64,000 nt of DNA, taken from NCBI GenBank assembly GCA_034928145.1, contig JAYFPE010000016.1:6953-70952 (forward strand). Direction: 5' to 3'. Shown piece by piece: positions 26,296 through 36,239 of the stretch (position 1 is its first letter; every line of letters begins with the position of its first letter). This stretch comes from Candidatus Pelethousia sp. GTDB lineage: Bacteria > Bacillota > Clostridia > Christensenellales > CAG-138. Under the pieces are notes generated by a model. The model did not search any database, had not been told where the DNA came from, and saw nothing but the letters and a program-made list of their open reading frames with translations. The translations under genes were made by a program, and so were the position numbers.

Positions 26296-26396
26296 GTTTG
26301 CCTCCTTTGACACCAATAGATACCAATATGATAACACAAGCGACCGCCTTCGGGCAATGCGAGGGCGGACAATTCACAGGAAAGGAGGATGTAACC

Positions 26397-26585
26397 GTGG
26401 AGGAAAAGACGGAGGAAACCCGCGCCGTGGCCCTGGCCAGCCTCACGGCCATCTGTGCGGATGAAGAGGCCCGCCACGCCGACCGCATCGCCGCGGCCAA
26501 GCTCCTGCTCGAGAGCACGGAGGGCGGTGAGAAGGGAACCATCGCCGTGGTGATGGAGGGGATACCCAAGGAGTATTTAGCCTAA
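26397..26585 (+). CDS. hypothetical small acidic protein (62 aa)
   Basis: GTG at 26397 lies 8 nt after AAGGAGG and is followed by a good terminator. The segment ADRIAAAKLLLE resembles C-terminal segments of small phage proteins. The listed ORF start at 26298 is less likely. Confidence 0.35.
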   Translation: MEEKTEETRAVALASLTAICADEEARHADRIAAAKLLLESTEGGEKGTIAVVMEGIPKEYLA

Positions 26586-26591
26586 ACACAG

Positions 26592-26616
26592 AAAGGGCCG
26601 TACTACGGCCCTTTTT
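26592..26616. terminator. bidirectional rho-independent terminator
   Basis: Stem AAAGGGCCG / CGGCCCTTT with a 5-nt loop, flanked by A and T runs. It can serve both the small ORF (+) and the V-ATPase operon end (-). Confidence 0.7.
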
Positions 26617-26633
26617 GCGCTACCGGAGAGGTG

Positions 26634-27263
26634 TCACTCCCGGCTGGCGATCATATCTTTGGTTTTCATCAGGCGGGTGAGGTTGCCGCGCTCGTTTTCA
26701 TCGAGCTTCATGGTGATGGTGCGGATGGCCTCGTCAAATTGGGGAATCATCACGTATTCCAGGGCGTTCACCCGGCGGCGGGTTTTTTCGATTTCATCCG
26801 CCAGGCGGTTACAGGTTTTTTCCACCTCGGCCAGTTCGATGAGCAGGGGCAGCACCTGTGCAAAAGCCTGCACGGCCCCGTCAAGCTCGGAGCTGGTGGT
26901 CATAAAGCCGTAAGGGTAATCGAAGCCCTCGGTGGTATTGAGACTTAGCTTAGGCACGCTGATGGAGAGGACCTGCCGGGTGTCCACACTGACCGTGGCG
27001 GGCCGGGCGGGGTAGCAGAGAGCTTCCTCGATGGCCTCGCTGCTCATGGTGGCTCGGGCCAGCACAAAGGCTTGCATGGCGCCGGCCAGCTTTTGTTCTA
27101 CCTGCTCGCGCAGCTCACGGTTACGCCGCACGAAGATGATGAAGCGGCGAACCATTTCATCCCGCTTATCCTTCATCAGCTTGTGGCCCCGCACCGCGAC
27201 TTTCCGCTTCTTTTTAAGGTTGGAAAGCTCCATGCGGGTGGGTTTCACTTGCAACGCTGCCAT
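26634..27263 (-). CDS. ntpD: V/A-type ATP synthase subunit D
   Basis: The translation begins MAALQVKPTRMELSNLKKKRKVAVRGHKLMKDKRDEM, the canonical subunit D N-terminus. It is the last gene of the operon. Confidence 0.9.
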   Translation of the reverse strand: MAALQVKPTRMELSNLKKKRKVAVRGHKLMKDKRDEMVRRFIIFVRRNRELREQVEQKLAGAMQAFVLARATMSSEAIEEALCYPARPATVSVDTRQVLSISVPKLSLNTTEGFDYPYGFMTTSSELDGAVQAFAQVLPLLIELAEVEKTCNRLADEIEKTRRRVNALEYVMIPQFDEAIRTITMKLDENERGNLTRLMKTKDMIASRE

Positions 27264-27266
27264 GGG

Positions 27267-28649
27267 CTACTCCCCCTCTTTTTGGGCCAGATATTTATCC
27301 AGATATACGTCCTTAATGCGTTTGAGCTCGCCCCTGGGCAGGATGGAGAGCAGCTCCCAGCCGATATCCAGCGTTTCTTCGATGCTGCGGTTGGTGTAAT
27401 AACCCTGGGATACATAACGCGCCTCGAATGCGTCGGCAAATTTGGCGTAAAGCTTATCCACATCGGAGAGCGCGGCGTCGCCCAGTATCACGGCCAGCTC
27501 CTTTGCATCCTTGCCGCGCGAATAGGCGGCGAACAGCTGGTTCATGGTATCGGCGTGATCCTCGCGGGTCTTGCCCTCGCCGATGCCCTTATCCTTCAAG
27601 CGGGAGAGGGAGGGCAACACGTTGATGGGCGGGGTAATGCCCCGGCGGTGAAGCTCGCGCGAGAGGATGATCTGGCCCTCGGTGATGTAACCCGTGAGGT
27701 CGGGAATGGGGTGGGTGATATCATCCTCCGGCATGGAGAGGATGGGGATCATGGTGATGGAGCCGGGGTTGCCCTTGATGCGGCCCGCCCGCTCATACAT
27801 GGTGGCAAGGTCCGTATAGAGGTAGCCCGGGTAGCCTCTGCGGCCGGGAACCTCCTTGCGGGCTGCGGATACTTCCCGCAAAGCCTCGGCGTAGTTGGTG
27901 ATATCCGTAATGATGACCAGCACGTGCATGCCCAGGTCGTACGCCAGGTATTCGGCTGCGGTGAGGGCCATGCGCGGGGTGGCGATGCGCTCGATGGCCG
28001 GGTCGTTGGCCAGGTTGATAAAGGTCACCGTGCGTTCGATCGCGCCTGTGGCGCGGAAATCGCTGATGAAGAAATCCGCTTCCTCAAAGGTGATGCCCAC
28101 GGCGGCAAAAACCACGGCGAAGCTTTCATCCGTGCCGCGCACGCGCGCCTGGCGGGCGATCTGCGCGGCGAGGTTGGCGTGCGGCAGGCCGGAGCCGGAG
28201 AAGACCGGCAGCTTCTGGCCGCGCACCAGGGTATTAAGGCCGTCGATGGCGCTAACGCCCGTTTGGATGAATTCGTTGGGGTAATCGCGGGCGGCCGGGT
28301 TAATGGGCGCGCCGTTCATATCCAGCATCTTTTCGGGGATCAGTTCCGGCCCGCCATCCTTGGGGCGGCCCATGCCGTCGAATACGCGGCCCAGCATATC
28401 CGGGGCCACGGCCAGCTCGATGGAGCGGCCCAAAAAGCGGGCCTTGGAATCGGAGATGCGCAGGCCCTGGGAGCCTTCAAAAAGCTGGAGCAGCGCCTTA
28501 TCGCCGTTCACCTCCAGCACGCGGCCCCGGCGGATTTCGCCGCCCGCCTGCTCGATCTCGACCAACTCGTCGTATTTGACGCCCTGGACTTTTTCGACCA
28601 GCATCAGCGGGCCGGCGACCTCTTTGATGGTGCGGTATTCTTTACGCAT
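27267..28649 (-). CDS. ntpB: V/A-type ATP synthase subunit B
   Basis: 460 aa, with [33 protein letters not shown] and [17 protein letters not shown]. Confidence 0.95.
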   Translation of the reverse strand: MRKEYRTIKEVAGPLMLVEKVQGVKYDELVEIEQAGGEIRRGRVLEVNGDKALLQLFEGSQGLRISDSKARFLGRSIELAVAPDMLGRVFDGMGRPKDGGPELIPEKMLDMNGAPINPAARDYPNEFIQTGVSAIDGLNTLVRGQKLPVFSGSGLPHANLAAQIARQARVRGTDESFAVVFAAVGITFEEADFFISDFRATGAIERTVTFINLANDPAIERIATPRMALTAAEYLAYDLGMHVLVIITDITNYAEALREVSAARKEVPGRRGYPGYLYTDLATMYERAGRIKGNPGSITMIPILSMPEDDITHPIPDLTGYITEGQIILSRELHRRGITPPINVLPSLSRLKDKGIGEGKTREDHADTMNQLFAAYSRGKDAKELAVILGDAALSDVDKLYAKFADAFEARYVSQGYYTNRSIEETLDIGWELLSILPRGELKRIKDVYLDKYLAQKEGE

Positions 28650-30417
28650 CCTCGTTCCCTCCCTCCGTGAGCGCGCCCACTTGGCTGTTTAGGCTGGCCA
28701 TGAGTTCATCAAAGCGCGCGGCGGCTTGTGCCTCGGGCACGTATTTGTAGCGGCCGATATCCTCCCGCACAGGCAGGGACGCCAGCTTGCTGAAGGAAGC
28801 GCCCTTTTCAAGGGCTGAAAGGCTTTTGTCATAATAGGCCAGGATCAGCTTGAGCAGCATGGCCTGCTTGGCCGGGGAGGCGTAGGTATCCACCTCGTGG
28901 AAGGCGTTTTGGTGCAAATAATCCTCGCGGATGGAGCGGGTGGCTTCCAGGGTGAGGCGGTCCTTATAGCTGAGGGCGTCGATGCCCACCAGCCGCACGA
29001 TCTCCTCCAATTCGCTCTCCTCCTGTAGCATGCCCATGGTTCTATGCACCATATCAGCCCAGGCGGGATCCACGTTTTTATTGAACCAGGGCTCGAGCCT
29101 GTCGAGGTAGAGGGAATAGCTGGTGAGCCAATCGATGGCGGGGAAGTGGCGGCTATAGGCCAGCTTGGCGCTCAGGCCCCAGAAGACCTTGACCGTGCGC
29201 AACGTGGCTTGGGAGACCGGCTCGGAAATATCGCCGCCCGGCGGGGAAACCGCGCCGATGGCCGTAACAGCGCCCTCCTTTGGCTCGCTGCCCAGCGTTT
29301 GTACCACGCCGGCCCGCTCGTAGAATTCCGCCAAACGGCTGCCGAGGTAGGCGGGGTAGCCTTCTTCGCCGGGCATTTCTTCCAGACGGCCGCTCATTTC
29401 CCGCAGCGCTTCGGCCCAGCGGGAGGTGGAATCCGCCATAATGGCCACCTTGTAGCCCATGTCGCGATAGTATTCGGCAATGGTGATGCCTGTGTAAATG
29501 GAAGCCTCGCGGGCCGCCACCGGCATGTCGGAGGTGTTGGCGATGAGCACCGTGCGCTTCATCAACGAGAGGCCGGTGCGCGGATCTTTAAGCTCCGGGA
29601 ATTCCATTAGCACGTCTGTCATCTCGTTGCCGCGCTCACCGCAGCCCACGTAAACGATGATATCCGCATCGGCCCATTTGGCCAGTTGGTGCTGCACCAC
29701 GGTTTTGCCGCTGCCGAAGGGGCCGGGCACGGCGGACACGCCGCCCTTGGCCACGGGGAAGAGGGTATCGATAACCCGCTGGCCTGTGATCATAGGCTCG
29801 CTGGGCGCGAGCTTGGCCTTATAGGGGCGGCCCCGCCGCACGGGCCATTTTTGCAGCATAGGCAGCTCGACTTCGCCCCGCTCGGTTTTGAGGCGGGCGA
29901 TGGGCGTGAGGATGTTGTATTCGCCCTCGGCGATCCAAACGACCTCGCCGCAAACACCCGGGGGCACCATCACCTTGTGCAGCACCGCTTCGGATTCCTG
30001 CACGGTGCCCAACACGTCGCCGGTCGCTACCTGATCGCCAACCTTGGCTACGGGCATGAAGGGCCAGCGCTTTTCGTGGTCGAGAGAATCCACGACTACG
30101 CCGCGGTTGATGCGGTTGCCCGCTTGCTCGCGGATCTTGTTGAGGGGGCGCTGTATGCCATCGTAAATGGATTCGATCAGGCCCGGGGCCAGCTCCACGC
30201 TAAGCGGCGCGCCGGTGGATTCCACGGGCTCGCCCGGACCGATGCCGCCCGTTTCTTCGTATACCTGGATGGAGGCCTTGTCGCCGCGCAGCTCGATGAC
30301 TTCGCCGATGAGCTTTTTTTCGGAAACGCGCACCACGTCGTACATCTGCACATCCGCCATGCCGCTGGCGACGATCAACGGGCCGGACACTTTGATGATA
30401 GTTCCTTGGGTTGCCAT
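28642..30417 (-). CDS. ntpA: V/A-type ATP synthase catalytic subunit A
   Basis: 591 aa, with Walker [21 protein letters not shown] and [27 protein letters not shown]. Confidence 0.95.
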   Translation of the reverse strand: MATQGTIIKVSGPLIVASGMADVQMYDVVRVSEKKLIGEVIELRGDKASIQVYEETGGIGPGEPVESTGAPLSVELAPGLIESIYDGIQRPLNKIREQAGNRINRGVVVDSLDHEKRWPFMPVAKVGDQVATGDVLGTVQESEAVLHKVMVPPGVCGEVVWIAEGEYNILTPIARLKTERGEVELPMLQKWPVRRGRPYKAKLAPSEPMITGQRVIDTLFPVAKGGVSAVPGPFGSGKTVVQHQLAKWADADIIVYVGCGERGNEMTDVLMEFPELKDPRTGLSLMKRTVLIANTSDMPVAAREASIYTGITIAEYYRDMGYKVAIMADSTSRWAEALREMSGRLEEMPGEEGYPAYLGSRLAEFYERAGVVQTLGSEPKEGAVTAIGAVSPPGGDISEPVSQATLRTVKVFWGLSAKLAYSRHFPAIDWLTSYSLYLDRLEPWFNKNVDPAWADMVHRTMGMLQEESELEEIVRLVGIDALSYKDRLTLEATRSIREDYLHQNAFHEVDTYASPAKQAMLLKLILAYYDKSLSALEKGASFSKLASLPVREDIGRYKYVPEAQAAARFDELMASLNSQVGALTEGGNEDA

Positions 30418-30753
30418 CTATTTCTCCTCCGCAAAAAGAATATCCGCGCCAATCGCCTTTTCGACATTGGCTTTGATGTTGGCCATCGCCACGCCGGAGC
30501 TGCCGTGGGCATCCGGGATGGGGATGATGGCGGGGAAGGTTTCGGATTTATATTGCTCCACCGCTTCCCGGCAGGCCGCAAAGAGCGGCTCGGTCAAAAA
30601 GATGACCTTGTATTCCTCCCGGGCCAGGCGGTGGATGAGCCTCGCGGCCTTATCCGGATCCGTTTCGGGGAAAACGGCCAGGCCTACCGCTTTGGCCAGG
30701 AGCACGGAATCCCGCTCGCCAATGATGGCAAGATCGCCTTTTTTACCAGCCAT
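30418..30753 (-). CDS. V/A-type ATP synthase subunit F
   Basis: 111 aa, with LAIIGERDSVLLAKAVGL...VIFLTEPL. Size and position between subunits C and A fit subunit F. Confidence 0.8.
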   Translation of the reverse strand: MAGKKGDLAIIGERDSVLLAKAVGLAVFPETDPDKAARLIHRLAREEYKVIFLTEPLFAACREAVEQYKSETFPAIIPIPDAHGSSGVAMANIKANVEKAIGADILFAEEK

Positions 30754-31726
30754 ATAACGTACGCAGCCTTTCCGTGATGATTCGATCTGATAGGCCGTTG
30801 CGCTTGGCCGTGAGGATCAGGCGCACGCAGAGCGCCTCCTGTTCCCGGGCCAGCAGATAGGCCACCACCGGTGCGATGGATTTATTGTCGTAGCGGGCAT
30901 GGTTAAAGCAGCCCATGAGGTAATCGTCCCGCTCCCGTTCAAGCGCCGAGAGGCCCTCGCCGTTTTGCAGGGCTTCCAACCCCTTGCGGATGCCGGGCGC
31001 GGCGGGGCCGACAGACACCAGCCTCTGGAGGGCTTCCGCGGGCGCTTCGAGGCCGGCGATCAGCGCGCTATGGGGGATATCCCCTGCGGGCAGCAGCAAT
31101 TCCCGCAACCTTTCGGCTGCGCCGCCCATCTGCTTGAGGCGCAGCATGGTGAGCACGTTGTCAAAATCCGCCAGGGCCTTGAAATAGGCCGTGACCAGCG
31201 GGTGCTTTGTATCGTAGGCGTATTGCACATAGGCCCCGTCCAACGCGGTCGAGATGCGCGCCGGATCTACGCCGCTTTGAAAATCTCGCTCCAGAGCGTC
31301 CAGCGCAGCCTGGAATTGGGGGGGCAGCTCCTTATACGCGGCTGCCTCTACCATGTGGGCCAGCGCCTCGGGCTCGTACACGCCGCCCCGCAAGAGGGCC
31401 GGCGCTTCGGTGCTGGCCGTAAGGCGGAGCTTGAGCAGGATCTTTAGGTTATGCACATCCGCTTTGAGCAGGAACACATCCGTAACGGCAGGCTCGAAGG
31501 AAATTTCCTTTACCAGCGCATAGGCGGCGCTAAGGGCGCTGGTGACCAGCCGCTCCGCATCCGCAGCGGTGGCATCCGGCAAACCGCCATAGCCCAAATC
31601 CACCAGGTTGCGCACAGCCTCTTGCGCGTCGCCCTCCAACATGCGCTGGAGGTTAGCAGGGCGCAAAAGCTCTTTTTCATGGCAACGTATGCGCGTTACG
31701 CCGTAAGTGACGCTGTCCTGTGGCAT
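30743..31726 (-). CDS. ntpC: V/A-type ATP synthase subunit C (V0 d homolog)
   Basis: A 327-aa helical protein at the canonical operon position. Confidence 0.8.
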   Translation of the reverse strand: MPQDSVTYGVTRIRCHEKELLRPANLQRMLEGDAQEAVRNLVDLGYGGLPDATAADAERLVTSALSAAYALVKEISFEPAVTDVFLLKADVHNLKILLKLRLTASTEAPALLRGGVYEPEALAHMVEAAAYKELPPQFQAALDALERDFQSGVDPARISTALDGAYVQYAYDTKHPLVTAYFKALADFDNVLTMLRLKQMGGAAERLRELLLPAGDIPHSALIAGLEAPAEALQRLVSVGPAAPGIRKGLEALQNGEGLSALERERDDYLMGCFNHARYDNKSIAPVVAYLLAREQEALCVRLILTAKRNGLSDRIITERLRTLYGW

Positions 31727-31740
31727 ATCAACTACCTTCC

Positions 31741-32343
31741 TTATCCGAATAATAGCGCGGCCACGCCGCTCTCTTCGGCCCTTCGCAAATCGCGCAAAAC
31801 GGCCTCGAAGGAGCAGTTGATCTCGTAGCTTTCGCCGGCGAGCACGAAACCGCCGCTAATCTCTTCCCTATGTTGCCCCAGCGCCAGGGGCGCTTTGGCC
31901 AGGGCCGCAAGCTTCGCATTCACGCCCGGCAAAACGGCTGAGAGGGCTTCCGCATCCGCTTGCGCGGGTAGGATGGTTTCCCCACCCGTGGCGCTCGATA
32001 GCAGGAGCTTTTCGAGGATCGCTTCCCGCTCCGGCCCGGCGAGCGCGTTAAGCTGCGCCGCGGCCGCCTCGAAAGCTTCGTCGATTACGGCGCGCCGATC
32101 GGCCAGGGCCTGCTTGCGCGCATCCAAAAGCGCGTTGGTGCGGCTGCGCTCCAAGATATCCGCGTTTGACGCCTTGGCTCTATCTTCCGCCTCGGCGAGG
32201 ATGCGGCCGGCCTCGGCTGCGGTTTCGTCCGCCTGGGCCTGCGCCCGGGCGCGGGCTTCCGCCAGCGCGGCTTCGGCCTCGGCCTTTGCGCTTTCCACGA
32301 TGGAAGAGAGCAGGCGCTCGCCATTGTTCAAATCCTTAGCCAT
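31741..32343 (-). CDS. ntpE: V/A-type ATP synthase subunit E
   Basis: 200 aa, with an Ala/Glu-rich coiled-coil N-terminus and a globular C-terminus, at the canonical position. Confidence 0.8.
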   Translation of the reverse strand: MAKDLNNGERLLSSIVESAKAEAEAALAEARARAQAQADETAAEAGRILAEAEDRAKASNADILERSRTNALLDARKQALADRRAVIDEAFEAAAAQLNALAGPEREAILEKLLLSSATGGETILPAQADAEALSAVLPGVNAKLAALAKAPLALGQHREEISGGFVLAGESYEINCSFEAVLRDLRRAEESGVAALLFG

Positions 32344-32369
32344 ATTGTATCTCCCAAACGCGCCAGGCG

Positions 32370-32864
32370 TTAAACCTGCACGCCGTTGACCATCAGGAAG
32401 GAGAAGAGTAGCGCCAGAACCGCGTAGGTTTCCACCATAACGGCAAAGATGATGGCCTTACCGGCCTCCTCCGGCCGTTTGCCTACCATGGCGATGCCCG
32501 CAGCCGCCGTACGGCCCTGCATGATGGCGCTATACCAGCCGCCAAAGGCAATGGGCAAGGCGGAAAGGAAGAACTGGATGCCCTGGGTCAGGGAGAGGGT
32601 GGGCCCGCCCGCACCCAACAGGCCGGCTTTGGAGGCGATAACGAAGCCAATCAAGAGGCCATAGATACCCTGGGTGCCGGGCAGGAGCTGCAGCACCAGC
32701 ACGGAACCGAACTTATCCGGATCCTCGGCAATGACCGCCGCGCCCGCTTCGCCCGCGTGACCTACGCCGATGGCCGAGCCGATGCCCGCCCACATTGCCG
32801 CGAACACAGCGCCGGCCGCAGCCAGAAGCTGACCGTTGAGACCAAGAGATTCATAGAGTGCCAT
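32370..32864 (-). CDS. ntpK: V/A-type ATP synthase proteolipid subunit K (double-hairpin c subunit)
   Basis: ATG at 32864 follows GGAGG. The 164-aa protein has four TM helices and carries LLPGTQGIYG and AVMVETYAV. The longer listed ORF (to 33032) overlaps subunit I and was trimmed. Confidence 0.9.
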   Translation of the reverse strand: MALYESLGLNGQLLAAAGAVFAAMWAGIGSAIGVGHAGEAGAAVIAEDPDKFGSVLVLQLLPGTQGIYGLLIGFVIASKAGLLGAGGPTLSLTQGIQFFLSALPIAFGGWYSAIMQGRTAAAGIAMVGKRPEEAGKAIIFAVMVETYAVLALLFSFLMVNGVQV

Positions 32865-32937
32865 TGTTTGAAACCTCCAATTATTGTTTGAAATAGTTTT
32901 TTGTATATTCGGGCGGCGGGCCGCCTTGTTCGGTGCG

Positions 32938-34863
32938 TTATTTGCCCGCCACCTGCGAATGGCGGGTGGCATACCGTAGGGGACGGAAGGGCTTGCCGCC
33001 GGATTCATAGAACTTGCCGAAGAACTCCACATACTGCAAACGCGCTGTATGCACGAAGCAGCCCAGGGTGCTGATGGCCATCATAAAGAGATGGATGCTC
33101 ACGGAAAGGGCGGCCGTGATGATAAAGCCGATCACCGTCATCACCATATTGCCCTTGAAGGCCGCAAAGAGCATATCCCAGCAGAGAATATTGAGAACCA
33201 GGCCGATCACGCCCGTGGAAAGGCCCAGGGCGAAGATGCGCGCGTAGGAGAGCACGTCCCCCAGCCAGGCGGCGATGTCGTAAAGCTTGCCGCCGCCGCT
33301 GAGCAGGCGACCCGCGATGGTTTTCTTGGAGCGGCCCGCAAAGAGGAACACGGCGAGAGCCGCCAGGATGGCCATCCATTTGCCAATAACAGCTAGCACA
33401 CCCGGGAAGCCCAGCATGGGCGCCGCCAAAAGGAGCGCGCCGGAGATAATCAGGATCCAGCAGAAGTTATCGATGATCGCGCCCCACCAATCCCCCGCCT
33501 TTATGCAGCGGTAGGTAGCGATGAGTACGGCGAAGAACATGTGCACGATGCCCAGCCCCGCGCACACGGCCAGCATGGACAGCGGCTCTGTGGAGGAATC
33601 GATCAAGGGGAAGGTATTCTCAAAGGGAAGGCCCCTGAAGATCACCGGCCAGGTAACGCCGAAGAAGGAGCCGAAGAGCAGGCCCATGAAGATGGTGGAG
33701 ATGCCGCCCTGCATCAGCACGCCCGCCAAGCCCGCCATCATCCCCTGCGGTTTCATATATTTGAGAAAGAGCGCCGCGCCGATGGCCAATAGGATGCCGT
33801 AGCCCGTATCCGTAAGCATCATGCCAAAAAAGATAAAATAGAAGGGCATGAATAAGGGCGTGGCGTCCACAGCGCCGTAGGCCGGCAGGGAATAAAGGTT
33901 TGTCACCGCCTCATAGGGCGCGACCAGGGGCTTGTTGCGCAAAACCGTGGGCGGCGTTTCGTCCTCGGCCGGCTCGCTAAAATCGATATAGTATAGATCG
34001 GTTACCGCGCTAAGCGCAGCTTCGATATCATCGCGTTGATCCTCTCGCGCCCAGCCTTCCAAAATGAAGGTAGTGTCGGTAGCGCCGGTCTGCCCTTTGC
34101 CTGCTTCCAGATCCCGCTCGATGAGGGCCGCGTCCTGCCCAAAGCAAAGGGCAGGGCGCTCCTTGCCCAGGCTCGCCAACTCCGCCTGTAAGGCTTCGGC
34201 CCGCGCCACTAAATCGGCAGCCTCACCCTCCAACGCGCGGATATTCTCGGCCGGCGTGCCACAAAGGCCGGGGAAGGCGTATTCGCGGAAGTTCAGACCC
34301 TTGACGAGCGAGAGAACTTCCTCTTGTTTGCCTTCCAGGCAGGCGATGAGTACGGCCTTTTCCCGCCCGGCGCCATAAACCTCCACCACGGCCTCCAAAC
34401 CGGCCAGCAGATCCACCTGCTCGGCCTGCAAAAAGCCCGTGATGTAGCGCACGCTGCGCGTATGGCGGATCTGCGCCATATCGGCCGCAAGGTCCTCCCA
34501 GGGGCGCAGCTGGGCGATGAGGGCGCGTCGCTTATCCGCCTCTGCCCGCAGGCCGGCGATGGCACGCTCCAGTTCTTCGACCTTGGCGCACAGCTCCAAG
34601 GAGGCGGGCAGCGCCTCCGCAAGCGCCGTGGCGCTCATTTCCGGCTTGGGGCCTATGCCTTGCTTATCGGCGTATTTTTTGAGTGTAAGCTGCGCGCCTT
34701 GCAAGCGCTGCACCCGGCTTTCCCAGTGGGGTAGCAAAGCGCTCTCGCGGCCTTCTTCGGCGGGGATGATCTGCACGGCCGCAAGGGCCTGCAGGGCGCC
34801 CAGCAGGGCGCTTTCATCCGCCTTGCGGCCAATGAGCGTGAGCCGTTGGATGGGAACGATCAT
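32938..34863 (-). CDS. ntpI: V/A-type ATP synthase subunit I (a subunit)
   Basis: About 641 aa. A soluble N-terminal half (MIVPIQRLTLIGRK...) is followed by a polytopic C-terminal half containing ARLQYVEFFGKFYE (the conserved Arg region). Confidence 0.9.
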   Translation of the reverse strand: MIVPIQRLTLIGRKADESALLGALQALAAVQIIPAEEGRESALLPHWESRVQRLQGAQLTLKKYADKQGIGPKPEMSATALAEALPASLELCAKVEELERAIAGLRAEADKRRALIAQLRPWEDLAADMAQIRHTRSVRYITGFLQAEQVDLLAGLEAVVEVYGAGREKAVLIACLEGKQEEVLSLVKGLNFREYAFPGLCGTPAENIRALEGEAADLVARAEALQAELASLGKERPALCFGQDAALIERDLEAGKGQTGATDTTFILEGWAREDQRDDIEAALSAVTDLYYIDFSEPAEDETPPTVLRNKPLVAPYEAVTNLYSLPAYGAVDATPLFMPFYFIFFGMMLTDTGYGILLAIGAALFLKYMKPQGMMAGLAGVLMQGGISTIFMGLLFGSFFGVTWPVIFRGLPFENTFPLIDSSTEPLSMLAVCAGLGIVHMFFAVLIATYRCIKAGDWWGAIIDNFCWILIISGALLLAAPMLGFPGVLAVIGKWMAILAALAVFLFAGRSKKTIAGRLLSGGGKLYDIAAWLGDVLSYARIFALGLSTGVIGLVLNILCWDMLFAAFKGNMVMTVIGFIITAALSVSIHLFMMAISTLGCFVHTARLQYVEFFGKFYESGGKPFRPLRYATRHSQVAGK

Positions 34864-35168
34864 GCTTTCACCCTTTCCAGAATGTAGGCCGCGGCGCTGG
34901 GCAAAGCCTGCCTGGCCGCCTCTTTGCATCGGGCGGACTCCGCCGCCTTCTCTTGCACGATCTCCCGGGCCAGCCGCCGGCCCTCTTCCTCCGCTTTCAA
35001 AGCGGAAGCAGCCGCCAGCGCGCGGCCTTCCTCTCGGGCCGCCTCCAGGCGGTCAAGGGCAGCCTGGTGTGCGGAGGCCTCGATGGCGCGGGCCTGCCTC
35101 GCCGCCTCTTTACGGATGGACGATGCCTGCGCCTCCGCCTCAGAGATCTTTTCGATGATGGATGGCAA
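34860..35168 (-). CDS. V/A-type ATP synthase small coiled-coil stalk subunit (G/H-like)
   Basis: A 102-aa Ala/Glu/Arg-rich helical protein. It is the first gene of the operon and overlaps subunit I by ATGA. Confidence 0.65.
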   Translation of the reverse strand: MPSIIEKISEAEAQASSIRKEAARQARAIEASAHQAALDRLEAAREEGRALAAASALKAEEEGRRLAREIVQEKAAESARCKEAARQALPSAAAYILERVKA

Positions 35169-35488
35169 ACCTGTTTACCTCCCTTTATGGTTTATTTCAG
35201 TTCTTATTTTTTTGCTATCGGCCACATGCGCCGGCCAGTGTGGCGCGCCGTGAGCGCATTTATGGCAAATTACGCCGCAAACCCCGATGAAGGGGTATTT
35301 GATCTATTATTAGCGGATTGTGACAAAGAAAACAAAGTATTTCCCTTATTGTACAGCCAAATTTGCGGAAGGGCAAGATAAGACCGCAAAGTTTTGTTAT
35401 AAAATTAATAACAATGGAAAATACAGAATAATGAAACAGAAATCGACCCCTCGCGGACGGGGAGCCGACTTTTGTGATGATCCTGCTG

Positions 35489-36118
35489 CTATTTGGTGCC
35501 GAAGAGGCGGTCGCCCGCGTCGCCCAGGCCTGGAACGATGTAGCCGTGATCGTTAAGCTTTTCATCGATGGCGGCGATGAAGATATCCACATCCGGGTGG
35601 GCTGTCTGTACAGCCTCCACACCCTCGGGCGCGGCGATAATGCAGACCAGCTTTACGCTCTTGGCCCCGGCGCGCTTGATCACATCGATGCCGGCCACGG
35701 CGGAGCCGCCTGTGGCCAGCATGGGATCCACAATGATCATGTCGCGTTCGCTGGTGTCCGGCGGGAGCTTGCTGTAGTAATCCACTGGCTTGAGGGTCTG
35801 CGGGTCGCGATAAAGGCCGATGTGGCCCACCCTGGCGGCTGGGATCAGGCTGGTCATGCCATCCACCATGCCCAGGCCGGCCCGCAAAATGGGCACGATG
35901 CCCAGCTTCTTGCCGGAGAGTACAAAGGTTTTGGCCTCGGCCACGGGGGTCTTAACCGTGGTTTCCTCCAGCGGCAGGTCCCTGGTGGCCACGTAGGTGA
36001 GCAGCATGGCCAGCTCGCCCACCAGCTCGCGGAATTCCTTGGAGCCGGTGTTCTCATCCCGTAAATAGGTGAGCTTGTGCTGCACGAGGGGGTGGTTGAT
36101 AACGACGACTTTTCCCAT
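35489..36118 (-). CDS. upp: uracil phosphoribosyltransferase
   Basis: The translation begins [21 protein letters not shown]. The PRPP-binding motif is [13 protein letters not shown], and [16 protein letters not shown] is present. Confidence 0.95.
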   Translation of the reverse strand: MGKVVVINHPLVQHKLTYLRDENTGSKEFRELVGELAMLLTYVATRDLPLEETTVKTPVAEAKTFVLSGKKLGIVPILRAGLGMVDGMTSLIPAARVGHIGLYRDPQTLKPVDYYSKLPPDTSERDMIIVDPMLATGGSAVAGIDVIKRAGAKSVKLVCIIAAPEGVEAVQTAHPDVDIFIAAIDEKLNDHGYIVPGLGDAGDRLFGTK

Positions 36119-36239
36119 ATATAAATCTCCTTTCAATTATATCGCTTTAAGATTCGCAAAAGTGGCCGCGCCACTGTCGTGAGGGGCGGGAAACCTGAAT
36201 TGGGCAAATCTCCCGCAAGCTCAAAGAAGGGGGCGCTGA

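Noticed and set aside
27072-28670. 532-aa ORF on the + strand
   Set aside because: It is entirely antisense to the clearly recognisable V-ATPase B subunit gene. The translation is Gly/Ala/Arg/His-rich with no motifs, which makes it a typical shadow ORF of GC-rich DNA.
35441-35488. Terminator downstream of upp (CCCCGTCCGCGAGGGG region on the minus strand)
   Set aside because: The stem is short and bulged with a poor U-tract, which is insufficient to call.
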